Part shown: piece by piece, positions 51,578-62,856 of the stretch
Layout: every line of letters begins with the position of its first letter
Position numbering within the stretch: position 1 is the stretch's first letter
Notes under the pieces: model-generated
What the model saw: the letters and a program-made list of their open reading frames with translations, nothing else
Told to the model about the DNA's origin: nothing
Databases searched by the model: none
Assembly (NCBI RefSeq): GCF_006345805.1
Contig: NC_043004.1
Coordinates: 3,162,001-3,226,000, forward strand
Source: Octopus sinensis
Lineage: Eukaryota
Length of the DNA stretch: 64,000 nt
Direction of reading: 5' to 3'
Made by a program: the position numbers and the translations under genes

Positions 51578-51989
51578 CAGACAGTAGACAGACAGATAGC
51601 AGATAGATAGATAGATAGATACAAAGAGCAAGTAAGAAAGACATGAAAAAACAAAGGAAGAAAGAAGGAAACGAAACAGGAAGGAAGATCGGAAGAAAAT
51701 ATCCAATGAAATAAACTTGCACCAACAGGCTAGATAACCAACGCATTATACACATTATACACACAACACACAATACAAACACTAAAAAGATTGCACCATA
51801 CCTCAAAAAAAGAAAAGAGAGTAACGCAGTACAATACCGGGAAGAGTTTGCATACTCCCAACAACAACAACAAAAAAACAGTGTTGCACGCTGTAGAAAT
51901 TTACCTCAGGCTATCAAACGTTGAACAACAACAACAAAAACAACAACAATAATAACAACAACAACAACAACAACTAGGTTCTGCTACCG

Positions 51990-52107
51990 CTTTACGGCCA
52001 TATCACGATGACAACAGCGGTTCTCATCCGATCACCTATGTTAAGGAACGTCGAACCCAGTTAGTACTTAGATGGGTGACCGCTTGGGAAACTTAGGTGC
52101 TGTAAAC
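51990..52107 (+). pseudogene. Full-length, diverged 5S rRNA-derived sequence
   Basis: TTTACGGCCATATCACG...CGATCACC..GTTAAG.AACGTCGA...GTTAGTACTTAGATGGGTGACCGCTTGGGAA....GGTGCTGTA is collinear with metazoan 5S rRNA, with many substitutions. Confidence 0.85.
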
Positions 52108-52672
52108 GTCTTTTATGCCCTAATATAGCACCAGGCAGTGGCTCTCATGGCTTCTGATCCTAACAGATCAGAAGTGTGATCATGTACCTTGTTTTTTCTT
52201 AGTGTAAAGATTGGCAAATACAGAAAATATTATGCTCATTACCACATATTTGCTTGCCGATTGTTGATCTTGTCATTTGTTTCACCTTAACCAGTTGAGC
52301 ATGTCCTTAGTGGCTGGCAATATGTGCAGAAGTAGTGGGGGAGTATCATAGCCATGTGTTCAGAGGGATCCTTTAGGGGTTTGGATAATAGACCTTTCGA
52401 AACATGGCTGTTTCGTTCAACATCCTTAAACAATCCTTATTCAGGGACCTTTTGAGCGAGATGGGCTACTCGACCTGAAGAAAATTCTAACTGGGCCCCT
52501 CCTCCAAGGTCATGCACTGCATATCTTGATATGAGTTCACCATGTCACGCACATATGGTTGTGATGCATGTGCCTGGTGTACACTTATCAGACGGGTAGT
52601 CATGAAGGCTTTACTGGGCTTCATATATTTTACTCCAGTCTAACCTTGATAGCATGCACTGCACTCGCACTC

Positions 52673-52675
<3 letters not shown>
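51990..52675 (+). mobile_element. Candidate SINE3 (5S head, ~570-bp body, (AAT)n tail)
   Basis: 5S head is contiguous with a body that ends ...GCACTCGCACTC-AATAATAAT; preceded by (AAC)n; only one copy in the window. Confidence 0.6.
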
Positions 52676-52734
<59 letters not shown>

Positions 52735-52760
52735 TTAGAAGAAGAAGAAGAAGAATAGTA

Positions 52761-52829
<69 letters not shown>

Positions 52830-52914
52830 GTAATAGTAATAATAATAAGAATAAGAATAAGAATAAGAATAATAATAGTAACAGTAATAATAATAATAAT
52901 AATAATGATGATGG

Positions 52915-52945
<31 letters not shown>
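52673..52945. repeat. Long compound (AAT)n tract with GAA/AGT/GAT interruptions
   Basis: Direct reading. Confidence 0.95.
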
Positions 52946-53105
52946 ATAGACAAATGGCAGAAAGAGATTGAAATTGAATGACCGGTAGAGCTCCCAAAGA
53001 AAGATTGACTCTTAGGGACAGCAAGGATTTTCATGAGGGTTCTACGCATTTGAAAAACAGATGAAAACTTGTGGATACCGGTAGTAACCCGCTAACCACA
53101 TGAAC
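52946..53105 (+). mobile_element. Extreme 3' end of an R4/Dong-type retrotransposon
   Basis: KWQKEIEIE*PVEL...LLGTARIFMRVLRI*, homologous to the QKxxLLGTARILRKVL C-terminus at 6040-6110; directly follows (AAT)n. Confidence 0.7.
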
Positions 53106-53122
53106 CCTATCAGGAATATACA

Positions 53123-53346
53123 CAGGAATCCCTCGACTATCACCCGTATTACGTTCCGAAAGACCCCGCGATAGGTGAAAATCCGGGTAGTAGAGAGAGT
53201 ATTGTACTATGTATATATATTTTTTAATATTTTATAATTTGTATATATTTATTTTCTTATAAATGCAAAAACAACATCACGGAGGAATCGACGTAAGCAT
53301 AAATAATAATCCGCGACAGGTAATCGCGAAATAGCGAGGATTACTG
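53123..53346. mobile_element. pogo/Tigger-like MITE
   Basis: Imperfect TIRs CAGGAATCCCTCGACTATC and reverse-complement CAGTAATCCTCGCTATTTCGC in a TA-rich context. Confidence 0.55.
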
Positions 53347-53379
53347 CATATATACACACACACACCACAACACACACAC

Positions 53380-53427
<48 letters not shown>

Positions 53428-53445
53428 ACATATATATATATATTA

Positions 53446-53477
<32 letters not shown>

Positions 53478-54770
53478 CATACATATATATACACATATAT
53501 ATATATATATGCATTTACAGATGCACAAATAAATGCAGAATTTTACCTCACTCTCTCTTTTCTCTTTCCTTCTTTCTCTCTCTCTTTTATGCACACTTCT
53601 TCCTCTCTTTGATTCACTACCATCAATCTTTTGTCACTCCGTCGGTTGCCACCATCATTTCTATCAATCATTATTCGCTCCCTTTTTACCTTTTCGCTAA
53701 ACGTGCTTCAATTTTTCCTCCTTTTCCTTTTCTTCCCTTTCTCTCTCATCCTCTCGTTCTCTCTCTCTCGTTCTCTCTCTATCTCTATCTCACTCTCACT
53801 CTCTCTCTTAGTTTCCCTCTGATTTTTCTGCCATCACCACTTCAGCTCCGCCACCATCATCATAATCAAAATACCGTCTTCCACCTTCCCCACCATGATA
53901 TTCCTACCACCGTTGCCAGCGCCACCATAAAGTTTCTTTCACAACTGCCACCATTAACACCATCACCATCATAAACAGCAGCAAAATTCACACTGCCATC
54001 GCTTAAACCACCACCCTCCTCCTCATTCAACCCCCCCTTATCTATAACATGATTTTCCAACCAACTTCCCCATTGCCCCCCCCCCCAGTTCTCTCACAAC
54101 TCCTACCACTACCACTATAGCCTCCACCTCCCTAAATTTCACTAAATTGATATTTCATTTTTCTCTCACTCTCTCTTCCTCTCTTCCTCTCTTTCCCGTT
54201 CTCTCCATCCTTCTTTCACACCCACTCTCTCTGTCTCTCTCACTCAGCCACTCTCTCACTCTGTCTCTCTCACACTGCCTCTCTCTCACTCTCTGTCACA
54301 CGCACATACACACACACATGTACGCATATATACACACATACACATATTACACACACACACACATTGTTTCTTTCTGTTTCTGGCTCTCCTTCAATCACTC
54401 GCTCTCTCTCTCTCTCTATTCCTCTCTCTCCCTCTCTCCCTCTCTCTTCCTCACTCCCTCTCTCTCTTCCTCTCTATCTCTTCCTCATTCTCTCTCTTTC
54501 TCTCTTTCTTCCTCCCTCTCTCTCTTCCTCCCTCTCAGCCTCCCCTCCCCTCTCTCTCTCTCTCTCTCTCTTAGTTTCAATCCTTCTCAAAGCAAGCAAA
54601 GCAGGACAACAAACAAAAAGGACAATGAAACGAACAGCAACAACAAAAATCACAGCAAAAAAAAAGCAAAAAAAAAAAAACAAATAAGACTGAGCAAAAC
54701 ATTGAGAAACATCGCAAAAAAAATGGAAATCAACCTTTTGGGGCATTGGATGGAGTGATAGTGGCGTTGA

Positions 54771-54791
54771 TGGTGGTGGTGGTGGTGGCGG

Positions 54792-54822
<31 letters not shown>

Positions 54823-54825
54823 GGC

Positions 54826-54873
<48 letters not shown>

Positions 54874-54937
54874 GCGACGGCGGTAGTGGCGACGGCGGTG
54901 GTGGTTGTGGTTGTGGTGGCGGTGGTGGTTGTGGTGG
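54771..54937. repeat. (GGC)n/(GGT)n trinucleotide tract
   Basis: Near-pure GGC run at ~54787-54870 with one 1-bp phase shift. Confidence 0.95.
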
Positions 54938-55158
54938 GTTGCCAGCCTGCAAAATGTAGCATCTCATGAAATTCAAATCACCGCTAACAAGCAGTGAACT
55001 GGCCTGACAAAACGAACTCGATACAGATGTGGCCGGAGATTAGGCTTTATCGAATCAATCAATCAAGGCAAAACTTTCGAAAACAAAAGTAAAAAACAAA
55101 CAAACAAACAAACAAACAAACAAAAACAAATGCAATGAAAGAGGGAATCAAAAGCAAT

Positions 55159-55192
<34 letters not shown>

Positions 55193-55429
55193 GCAAAAAG
55201 AACAACTGCGGACAAATGAAAAGAAATCGCCAAAAACATAGCAAAAAAAAAAAGAATAATATCTAAAATCTGTTAGATCCAGACACACTGAAATATACAT
55301 ATATACATATAAAAATATACATAAAAAAATATATTCATTCAAGCACACATATTGGTATAGAAGTCATGGAAATTCTTTCATAGTCTCATCTTCTGGATGA
55401 AGTGATGTTGGTGTGTATTGCTGGAAGAT

Positions 55430-55511
<82 letters not shown>

Positions 55512-55537
55512 GTAGGTAGATAGATATATAGATAGAT

Positions 55538-58500
55538 ATGTTTCTTTATTAGCCACACAGGGCTGCACACAGATAGAACAAATTACAAGGTAGAGCTTTT
55601 CTTTTGGAGGTAAAAAAAATTAAAATTAAAATAAAAAAAAGAGGGGGGTCGATCAAAAGGGATCGTAAAAGGAGAGAAAGAGGACAAAAAAAAGGAGGGG
55701 GTTAAAAAAAAAGGGGGGAGAAGAAAAAAATTGATCAATAGGGATCGTTATCACAGAAATGTCAATATGAAGTGTAAAGGGAGGACAGGTGAGGTTTACC
55801 GTGGAAAGAAAAGCCTACGGAAAAGACCACGGTAACCTCGGTCAATGAAGTCACATGTATAGTTATTTTTTTTTTTTTTTTTTTGCAAATAAGCAACTCT
55901 CTGTATTAATTTTTACGGTTCATAGAATCATAGTCAAGGTGGCTTCGTCATTCATACGTGCCATCCTTGCTACATTCACCCATCTTTTTTTAAAACATTC
56001 ACTAGAGAAAACTTGCCTCTCTACTCTCACTTTTTTCTTCAAGTGATACTTGAAGAAGTTGATGAGAGATTGACCAGAGAGGAAAGTGTTTGTCTCTAAT
56101 CCTTTCAGACGCGTCCACCAGATACATTCTTTCGCCATAGCCACAAGTATGATAAAAATAGCTCTTCCTTCCCGTTTGAAGGAAGGAGGCGTGACGATAT
56201 TAACGATAGACTCGGCGGATAAACGACACGTCCCACACGTGACAGCAGTCGTTCGACATAAGCCCACAGGTGGGAAATTGCTGGACACTGCACGATTGCG
56301 TGCAGAGCGGTTTCGTCGCTTGCCCGCATCTCGGGCAGGTCGGCCCCGTGTTTCTCGAGCCATGCCTATAGAGCTTATCCCGAACGGGTTAGCGCTTCTC
56401 GGTAGCACCGCCAGGCCAGGGATCTCTGGAAGTTGTCCATAGGTCCCGGGCCGAAAGTCGTTTGAAACAGGCGGGTCAGGTATTCCTCGTCGACGCCCAG
56501 GTTTGCCCCGAGCTCGTCGTCGTACCTCCCCTCCACTTAACCCTATAGAATGCTTTGGTTGTGTTGAAGTCACTCAAGGTCGACCCGGACGGCATAGTTG
56601 CTTGAGAGCAACGCGACACACGCGGTGCCATTCGCCCTTCTTCGGCCTCTTTTGATCCACGACTGTAGTTCGGTCATGGAGACGAGTTGCGGGAATGCGT
56701 GCCTCACAAACGGCGACCAAACCTGTTCACCGTCGTACATAGAGCCGGAGATGTCGCAGTCTCAGCGCGTGTCTGCGCATCATCAACACGGCATGCCCAG
56801 TCTCCTTTTAACGGGTGTTGACAGCAAATGGATCGCCTGACCATCGGGACGCATCCTTTCCACAAGAAGCGGAAGAGGATGCGTTCTAGTTTGGTGATGG
56901 TAGGGTCGGGACAAGGTACGACGGTCAGGCGGTAGTAGATGATGGACGCGATGTACGCGTTCACCACCTCCGCCCGACCTTTTAGGGACAGTTTCTCTCA
57001 GCCCATTGCTGGGCGAGAGTGACCACCCTACTCGTTATCTCGTTCCAGTTCTTCTCCATTTGGAGGTCCGGACCGAACCAGACCCCGAGCAACTCAACCG
57101 GGCCGTCTGTCCAGCGTCCCACGACGGAGGTACTGGTGGACGGCATGGGTTGCTTCTCCAGGTGCCGAGCCGCAAGCCCACTGACTTTTCCCGGTTGATT
57201 TTTGCTCATGTCACCGCTTCGTAGTATTTCAGTGTCTCGCCGACCCGCTCGATGTGCTCGTGGCTTGACACTATGACGGTGACGTCTTCCGCGTATGCAG
57301 ACACGCTCGTCCCGCATCCTAATTCTCGCGGGATGCCCCTCAGAGTCGCCAGCTTCCGCAGTAGTGGCTCAAGAGTCAATACGTATAGAAGCGCCGAGAG
57401 GGGGCATCCCTGACGGACCGAACGTGCAATGTCGAAGGGTCTCGATAGATGTCCATTTACGCGAATTACCGAACGGATGTCTCTGTACAAGGCAGCTATC
57501 CAGCCGCGGAAGACGGGACCGAAACCAGCCGCTCTCAGGACTGCCTCCAAGTATCGATGGTCTACCCTATCAAAGGCTTTCGATTGATCCAAGTTGATCA
57601 GGGCCCCACCCATGCCAGGTTCGTTAACTACCCTGTCTATGATGTAGCGCATCAGATGGAGGTTGTCATGGATGCTCCGGCCCGCACGGCGCACGTTTGT
57701 GCGTTGTCGACCAGTTTCTCCATGACAAGCGCCAACCTCTTGGCTAACACCTTTGTCAAAATTTTCAGGTCTGCATTGAGCAGAGTGATTGGCCTAAAGT
57801 TATCTATAATGTTTCCCTTGTTTGGATCTTTCTTCAGCAGAGTTACAGCTCCTCGACTCACAAAACCGGGTATGCTCCCATTTTGCTGCCAGTTGCAGTA
57901 TACCGCTGCCAAGACGTCTCCAAACAGTCTGGCATACAATAGTAAAATTCGTAGGGTAGACCATCCAAACCCGTGATTTGTCCCTCGAGCATTCTGCCAT
58001 CGCTTCCCGCACTTCCGCCGCCGTGATGGCACCTTCGCAGCACCCTGCCTTTCTTGTCGAGAGTCGTGGCAGGCTATGTAGGTAGGCACTGAAGTCTACC
58101 CTACGTTCTTGCCCTCCACTCGTCCCGAACAGTCGGGCAAAATGCTGCTGAAAGGCCTCACACATTTTACTTGGCTCGAGCAATTCGCGCTCCTGTTCAT
58201 CTACCAGTGACCGAATGGTGGCTTTGTTGCCCTGTTGCGCCTCTGCCACCCGGGCCTCTCTCGCGGCTCCAACACCTTCGTTCCTTAGAGCACGCATCCT
58301 AGCTCTGACAGCACATCCTTCGTGTTTGGCGTTGAAGGTTGGTCGAGGGCCAACCTCGCCGCCAAAACGTCGGATGCGATGCCGCTTCTAATTGCCTCTT
58401 CTAGCTTCTTAACTAGCTCACCCTCTACTCTATTTCTATCTATGGCTAGTGCTTTGCTGTACCTAATCGCTTCTGCTTTTACTGCTCTCTTGAGGGCAAA

Positions 58501-58686
58501 CCACCATTTGTTGTTGATGATGGCTCCCGTCAAAGCCCTCTTTACTAGTGTGCTAATCCGGTCTCTGAAAACTTGTCTGGACGGGAATGATGCGTTCAGT
58601 TTCCAGTACCCAGGACCCTGTCTATGTGCCTTATCTAAGTCTAGCGTACACGTCACCAATTTGTGATCCGTGTAGCTGACTGTGTG
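55538..58686 (-). mobile_element. 5'-truncated Tx1/L1-clade LINE in a (GATA)n tract
   Basis: TDHK...GPGYWKLN (APE end), GLDGLPYEFY, FRPITLLNADLKIL, DQSKAFDRVDH, VRQGCPLS, YAEDVT, LFRFLWKG, ETALHAIVQCP zinc knuckle; frameshifted; 3' end AATAAAGAAACAT then (ATCT)n. Confidence 0.92.
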
Positions 58687-58691
58687 GATAT

Positions 58692-58726
<35 letters not shown>

Positions 58727-58769
58727 CATACATACATACATACATACATAAATAGATAGATAGATAGAT

Positions 58770-58899
58770 ATGTTTCTTTATTAGCCACACAGGGCTGCAC
58801 ACAGATAGAACAAATTACAAGGTAGAGCTTTTCTTTTGAAGGTAAAAAAAAGGGGGGGGGGTTCGATCAAAAGGGATCGTAAAAGGAGAGAAAGAGGAC

Positions 58900-58901
<2 letters not shown>
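58770..58901 (-). mobile_element. Second 3'-end-only copy of the Tx1-like element
   Basis: Near-identical to 55538-55690; (GATA)n on both sides. Confidence 0.9.
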
Positions 58902-58945
<44 letters not shown>

Positions 58946-58957
58946 GATAGATAGATA

Positions 58958-59162
58958 AGTTTCTTTATTGGCCACACAGGGCTGCACACAGATGGGACAA
59001 GTTACAAGGTAGAGCTTTTCTTTTGGGGGATGAAGAGAGCAAAAAACAAAAAAAAAGGGGGTGGCGTAGGTTTTCGATCAAGAGGGATCGTAAAAGGGAA
59101 GAAAAGAACAAAAACAAAAACAAAAAAAAATTGAATAAAATAAAAAGAATAAAAAGAAAAAA
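58958..59162 (-). mobile_element. Third, more diverged 3'-end-only copy of the Tx1-like element
   Basis: GTTTCTTTATTGGCCACACAGGGCTGCACACAGATGGGACAAGTTACAAGG; (GATA)n on both sides. Confidence 0.88.
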
Positions 59163-59185
59163 GATAGATAGATAGATAGATAGAT

Positions 59186-59236
<51 letters not shown>

Positions 59237-59936
59237 TGTAAGTACATTAGTATGCTCTCTGTTTTTAATTATTTAAATTCTTCTTTTGAGGAAAGACCTC
59301 CATTTTGTGGATAACCAAAACAATGTTACTTTCTAATCTTGAGAAAAGTCTTGTATATTTTTACTGTTCCACTTACAGACTGAGTTTGCGAATATGCGAA
59401 TTACTTGGTTGATTTCTTTTTCTAAAATACCCGAGCTAATCCAGTTTGTCAGTTCGGCATTTAGTTACAAACCAAGAGCACCAATTATTATTGGTATAAA
59501 TGTCAATTTGTAGTCTGGACATAGGAGGAGGTTTTAGAACAGTTACTCATAGTTATCCTTTTGTATGTATACAGGCATGTATGTATGTATGTATGTATGT
59601 ATGTATGTATGTATGTATGTATGTATGTATGTATGTAGAAAAAGAAACAGAAGTAGGAAAAATAAAGAAACATTCGAAAACCAAGAAAGAATTGAAGAAT
59701 TCAATGCTAGAAACCTTGTGTTATCGGATTGTAGGTCTTCAAACAACATGGCGTCGATGTTGCCGCAACATATCTACACAGAGTTTCATCTGAGTATTTC
59801 TGTCTATGTGTGTGTGTGGGGGAGGGCATGTGTGCGTGCGTGTGTGTCTGTGTGTGCGTATGTGTCTGTGTATGTGTCTGTGTGTATGTCTGTGTGTCTT
59901 TGTGCCAGTACGTCTGTGAATGCGTGTAAATATGTA

Positions 59937-60004
<68 letters not shown>

Positions 60005-60036
60005 TATAATATATATATATATATTATATATATATT

Positions 60037-60595
60037 ATAAAGAAATGGACCAAAAGCTCAATAGAGGACATTAAAACATTCGGACAGATAAACTATACAA
60101 AGGCAGACAGGAGAAACATCAATTAGAAGGACAGGCAAGAAAAACGGGTCATTCGTGGCTTTCTTTACTCAGTCAAGTTCCAGAAGTCACGACCATTTCG
60201 GGCAGATACAATTGAGGTGGTTGGGTCTGGTCGCCCGCAAAAAAGTCTAAGCTAAGAGGATTAGACTCCTTTGTAAGAAAGCTAGCGAATGTATACGGCA
60301 ACAAAGACAAAAAGAAACAAACTAACAATAAAACGGAGAACATGGTACAAAATTACGAATACAAACAACAAGAAATAACAACAGGCGTCTTTCGATTGAG
60401 AACGAATCAAATAGAGCTGGCGTGTATGAAGTGAAGGCCAAACGGCAGGAACATAGGAAATAGACATAAGAGGTGTTGGCGGTCGGTAAGTCAGGCCAAG
60501 AAAGAAAGATAATGGCTGGCCGGACACCGGTCAAGTGGAAGGAGAGACAAAGCGAAAGGTACAGGGGAGATAAACGAGCGGGAAATATGTATGCG
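60037..60595 (-). mobile_element. Possible Penelope-like non-autonomous terminal repeat
   Basis: Pyrimidine-rich minus strand with CCCGAAATGGTC...GACTGAGTAAAG, ending in (TA)n; weak. Confidence 0.3.
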
Positions 60596-60705
60596 TAGTT
60601 ACAAACAAAATGGAATACAAAGTGACAATCCAGAAATTTAGATCAATTATTGGATTGTCACTTTGTATCTTTCTATTTAATTTATTGTGTGTGATTTGCA
60701 TTGTA

Positions 60706-60960
60706 GAGGCACGTGGCTTAGTGGTTAGGGTGTCTGCATCATGATCATAAGATTGTAGTTTCGATTCCTGGACCGGACGACGCGTTGTGGTCTTGAGCAA
60801 AACACTTCATTTCACGTTGCTCCAATCCACCTAGCTGGCAAAAATGAGTAACGCTGCGATGGACTGGGATCCCGTCCAGCTGGGGAACATATACGCCATT
60901 GAAACAGGGAAACCGGCCCCATGCGCCTGGCTAGGCTTTAAAAAGGGCGCATTTATTTAT
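60706..60960 (+). mobile_element. tRNA-derived CORE-like SINE (family C) with target-site duplication
   Basis: GAGGCACGTGGCTTAGTGGTTAGGGTG...TTCGATTCC...CTTGAGCAAAACACTTCATTTCACGTTGCTCC; TSD TGTGATTTGCATT(G/A)TA at 60690-60705 and 60969-60984. Confidence 0.9.
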
Positions 60961-61101
60961 TATTTTATTGTGATTTGCATTATACCCATAGTTATGCGGT
61001 ATTCAACCGACGCGCCTCTGAATTGAATGTTTTACATAATCCTTCGAAGGAATTTTTCCCTTTGATTGTTACCTTATATACATAGTTATATAACCTCGAG
61101 A

Positions 61102-61429
61102 AGCTATTTGGTTCTGGTCAGCCGCGCACACCTGTGCAGTCGCGTGTAGCTAAGGTCCGCTTCTGTCAGCGATATATTGTAAACAAAGTATCTATTGGTC
61201 ACTGATTTGCAACAAGCAAAATAGCAAATCCAAAAAAAATTTCAAGAAGAGATAGAGTAGTGACGGATACTCAGGAGTAAAGCGAGAATCCGTCACTACT
61301 CTGATCTCTTCCTGGGATTTTATAACTTTGCCTGTTGCAAACAAAGTGACCAATGGTCACTTTCTTTACAATATATCGCTGAGAGAAAGCCACTGCGCAG
61401 GAGCGCGTGCTGACGAGAGCCAAATAGCT
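61102..61429. repeat. Gapped inverted duplication, ~105-120-bp arms
   Basis: 61102-61220 vs 61327-61429 share GCTATTTGG.TCT.GTCAGC and TCAGCGATATATTGTAAA.AAAGT in inverted orientation. Confidence 0.8.
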
Positions 61430-61455
61430 CGTAACCGGCCGGTTCCACGATCCTG
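61398..61455 (+). ncRNA. Type I hammerhead-like motif, two changes from canonical
   Basis: CAGGA-GCG-CGTG / CTGACGA / GAGC-CAAATA-GCTC / GTAAC-CGGCCG-GTTC / CACG-A-TCCTG; folded by eye. Confidence 0.5.
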
Positions 61456-61761
61456 TCAGATGTTGGAGGGTAGTAGGGGTTCGCTCCCCCTGATAGCGAT
61501 GTATTGCACATAAAGGGTGCAGAACTTGAACCGAAAACCAACTGGTGGAGAATCCACCTGGGGTTAAACTAGTAGTAACATTCATCTACCACTTTGATGT
61601 GGCTAATCGCTTTACTGTTTATATATGCATACCTATACAAAGATATTGTGTGTGTGTGTGTTTCTGTGTGTGTGTGTGTACTAAAAATTGATATAAGCAG
61701 CTAGGCGTCACGTAATAACCATAACGGAAAAATTTAGTGACGATAACAATTTTTCTTTAGG

Positions 61762-61794
<33 letters not shown>

Positions 61795-61838
61795 CAAGGA
61801 TGAGTAAAAAAGTAATGCTATTTTGTTTAGGGTAGTTA
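61795..61838. mobile_element. Solo mariner terminus
   Basis: Matches the TIR of 62228-62774 (GAGTAAAAAAGTAATGCTATTTTGTTTAG). Confidence 0.6.
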
Positions 61839-61872
61839 TACATACACAGACACACGCACACACATACATGCA

Positions 61873-61936
<64 letters not shown>

Positions 61937-62227
61937 CATACATACATATATACATGCATACACACATACATCATTATTAAGTGAGAGAGCAGAACACGCC
62001 ATCAAAGTGGCGCTGGGGTACAAAGCCTAATATACCCAACACACACATACTTACACTAATGCGACTCAGTTCCAGTACAAACCAGCCGTTCTTGACTCCA
62101 TTTATGCAGACATTCTATCAACAATTTGGTGGCACCTTTTATATTTCACACGAGTCGGAAATTCTTGTAGACAGACACACAGAAACACAGAAACACACAG
62201 ACACACAGATACACACAGGCACACACT

Positions 62228-62774
62228 AGGGTGAATCAAAAAGTAATGCCATTTTGTTTAGGACATGTATAATTATCAACACAGGAACATGTATCATACA
62301 TCAAAATGAAGCTGGTGCTCTGGGGATCACATCCCTACTTCTCAGCATAGTCATCGTTTCTCTCAATACCAATGTTCCACCTTCGAATGAGAGCATGTAT
62401 CCCTGCTCCGTAAAATTTCGTTGACTCTTCTTTGAGCCAATTCTTCACTACAATTTTCAATTCCTCATCACTGGAATAATGTTTGCCTATCAAACCCTCT
62501 TTCATAGGGCCAAAGAGATAATAGTTTAGTGACGAGGAAGTGAAAACTGTAGTGAAGAAGTGGCTCAAAGAACAGTCAACAGAATTTTACGGGGCAGGGA
62601 TACATGCTCTCATTCGAAGCTGGAACGTTGCTATTGAGAGAAACAGTGATTATGTTGAGAAGTAGGGATGTGATCCACAGAGGACCAGCTTCATTTTCAT
62701 GTATGATACATGTTCCTGTGTTGGTAATTATACCTGTGCTAAACAAAATGGTATTACTTTTTGACTCACCCTCG
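62228..62774. mobile_element. Palindromic mariner derivative made of two inverted right ends
   Basis: Both arms encode the transposase C-terminus (SDEELKIVVKNWLKEESTKFYGAGIHALIRRW on minus; SDEEVKTVVKKWLKEQSTEFYGAGIHALIRSW on plus) plus the TIR; arms ~247 bp, ~50-nt loop. Confidence 0.9.
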
Positions 62775-62785
62775 TAGATAGATAC

Positions 62786-62856
<71 letters not shown>

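Noticed and set aside
54474-54976. Poly-Thr/Ala/Pro ORFs over the GGC tract as a transcription-factor exon
   Set aside because: Entirely low-complexity, crosses a 1-bp phase shift and runs into poly-T/CT repeats
58285-58800. 171-aa ORF appearing to give the Tx1 element an N-terminus (MQPCVANKETYLSI...)
   Set aside because: Read-through from a neighbouring 3'-end copy across the GATA tract into the truncated APE; not a real start
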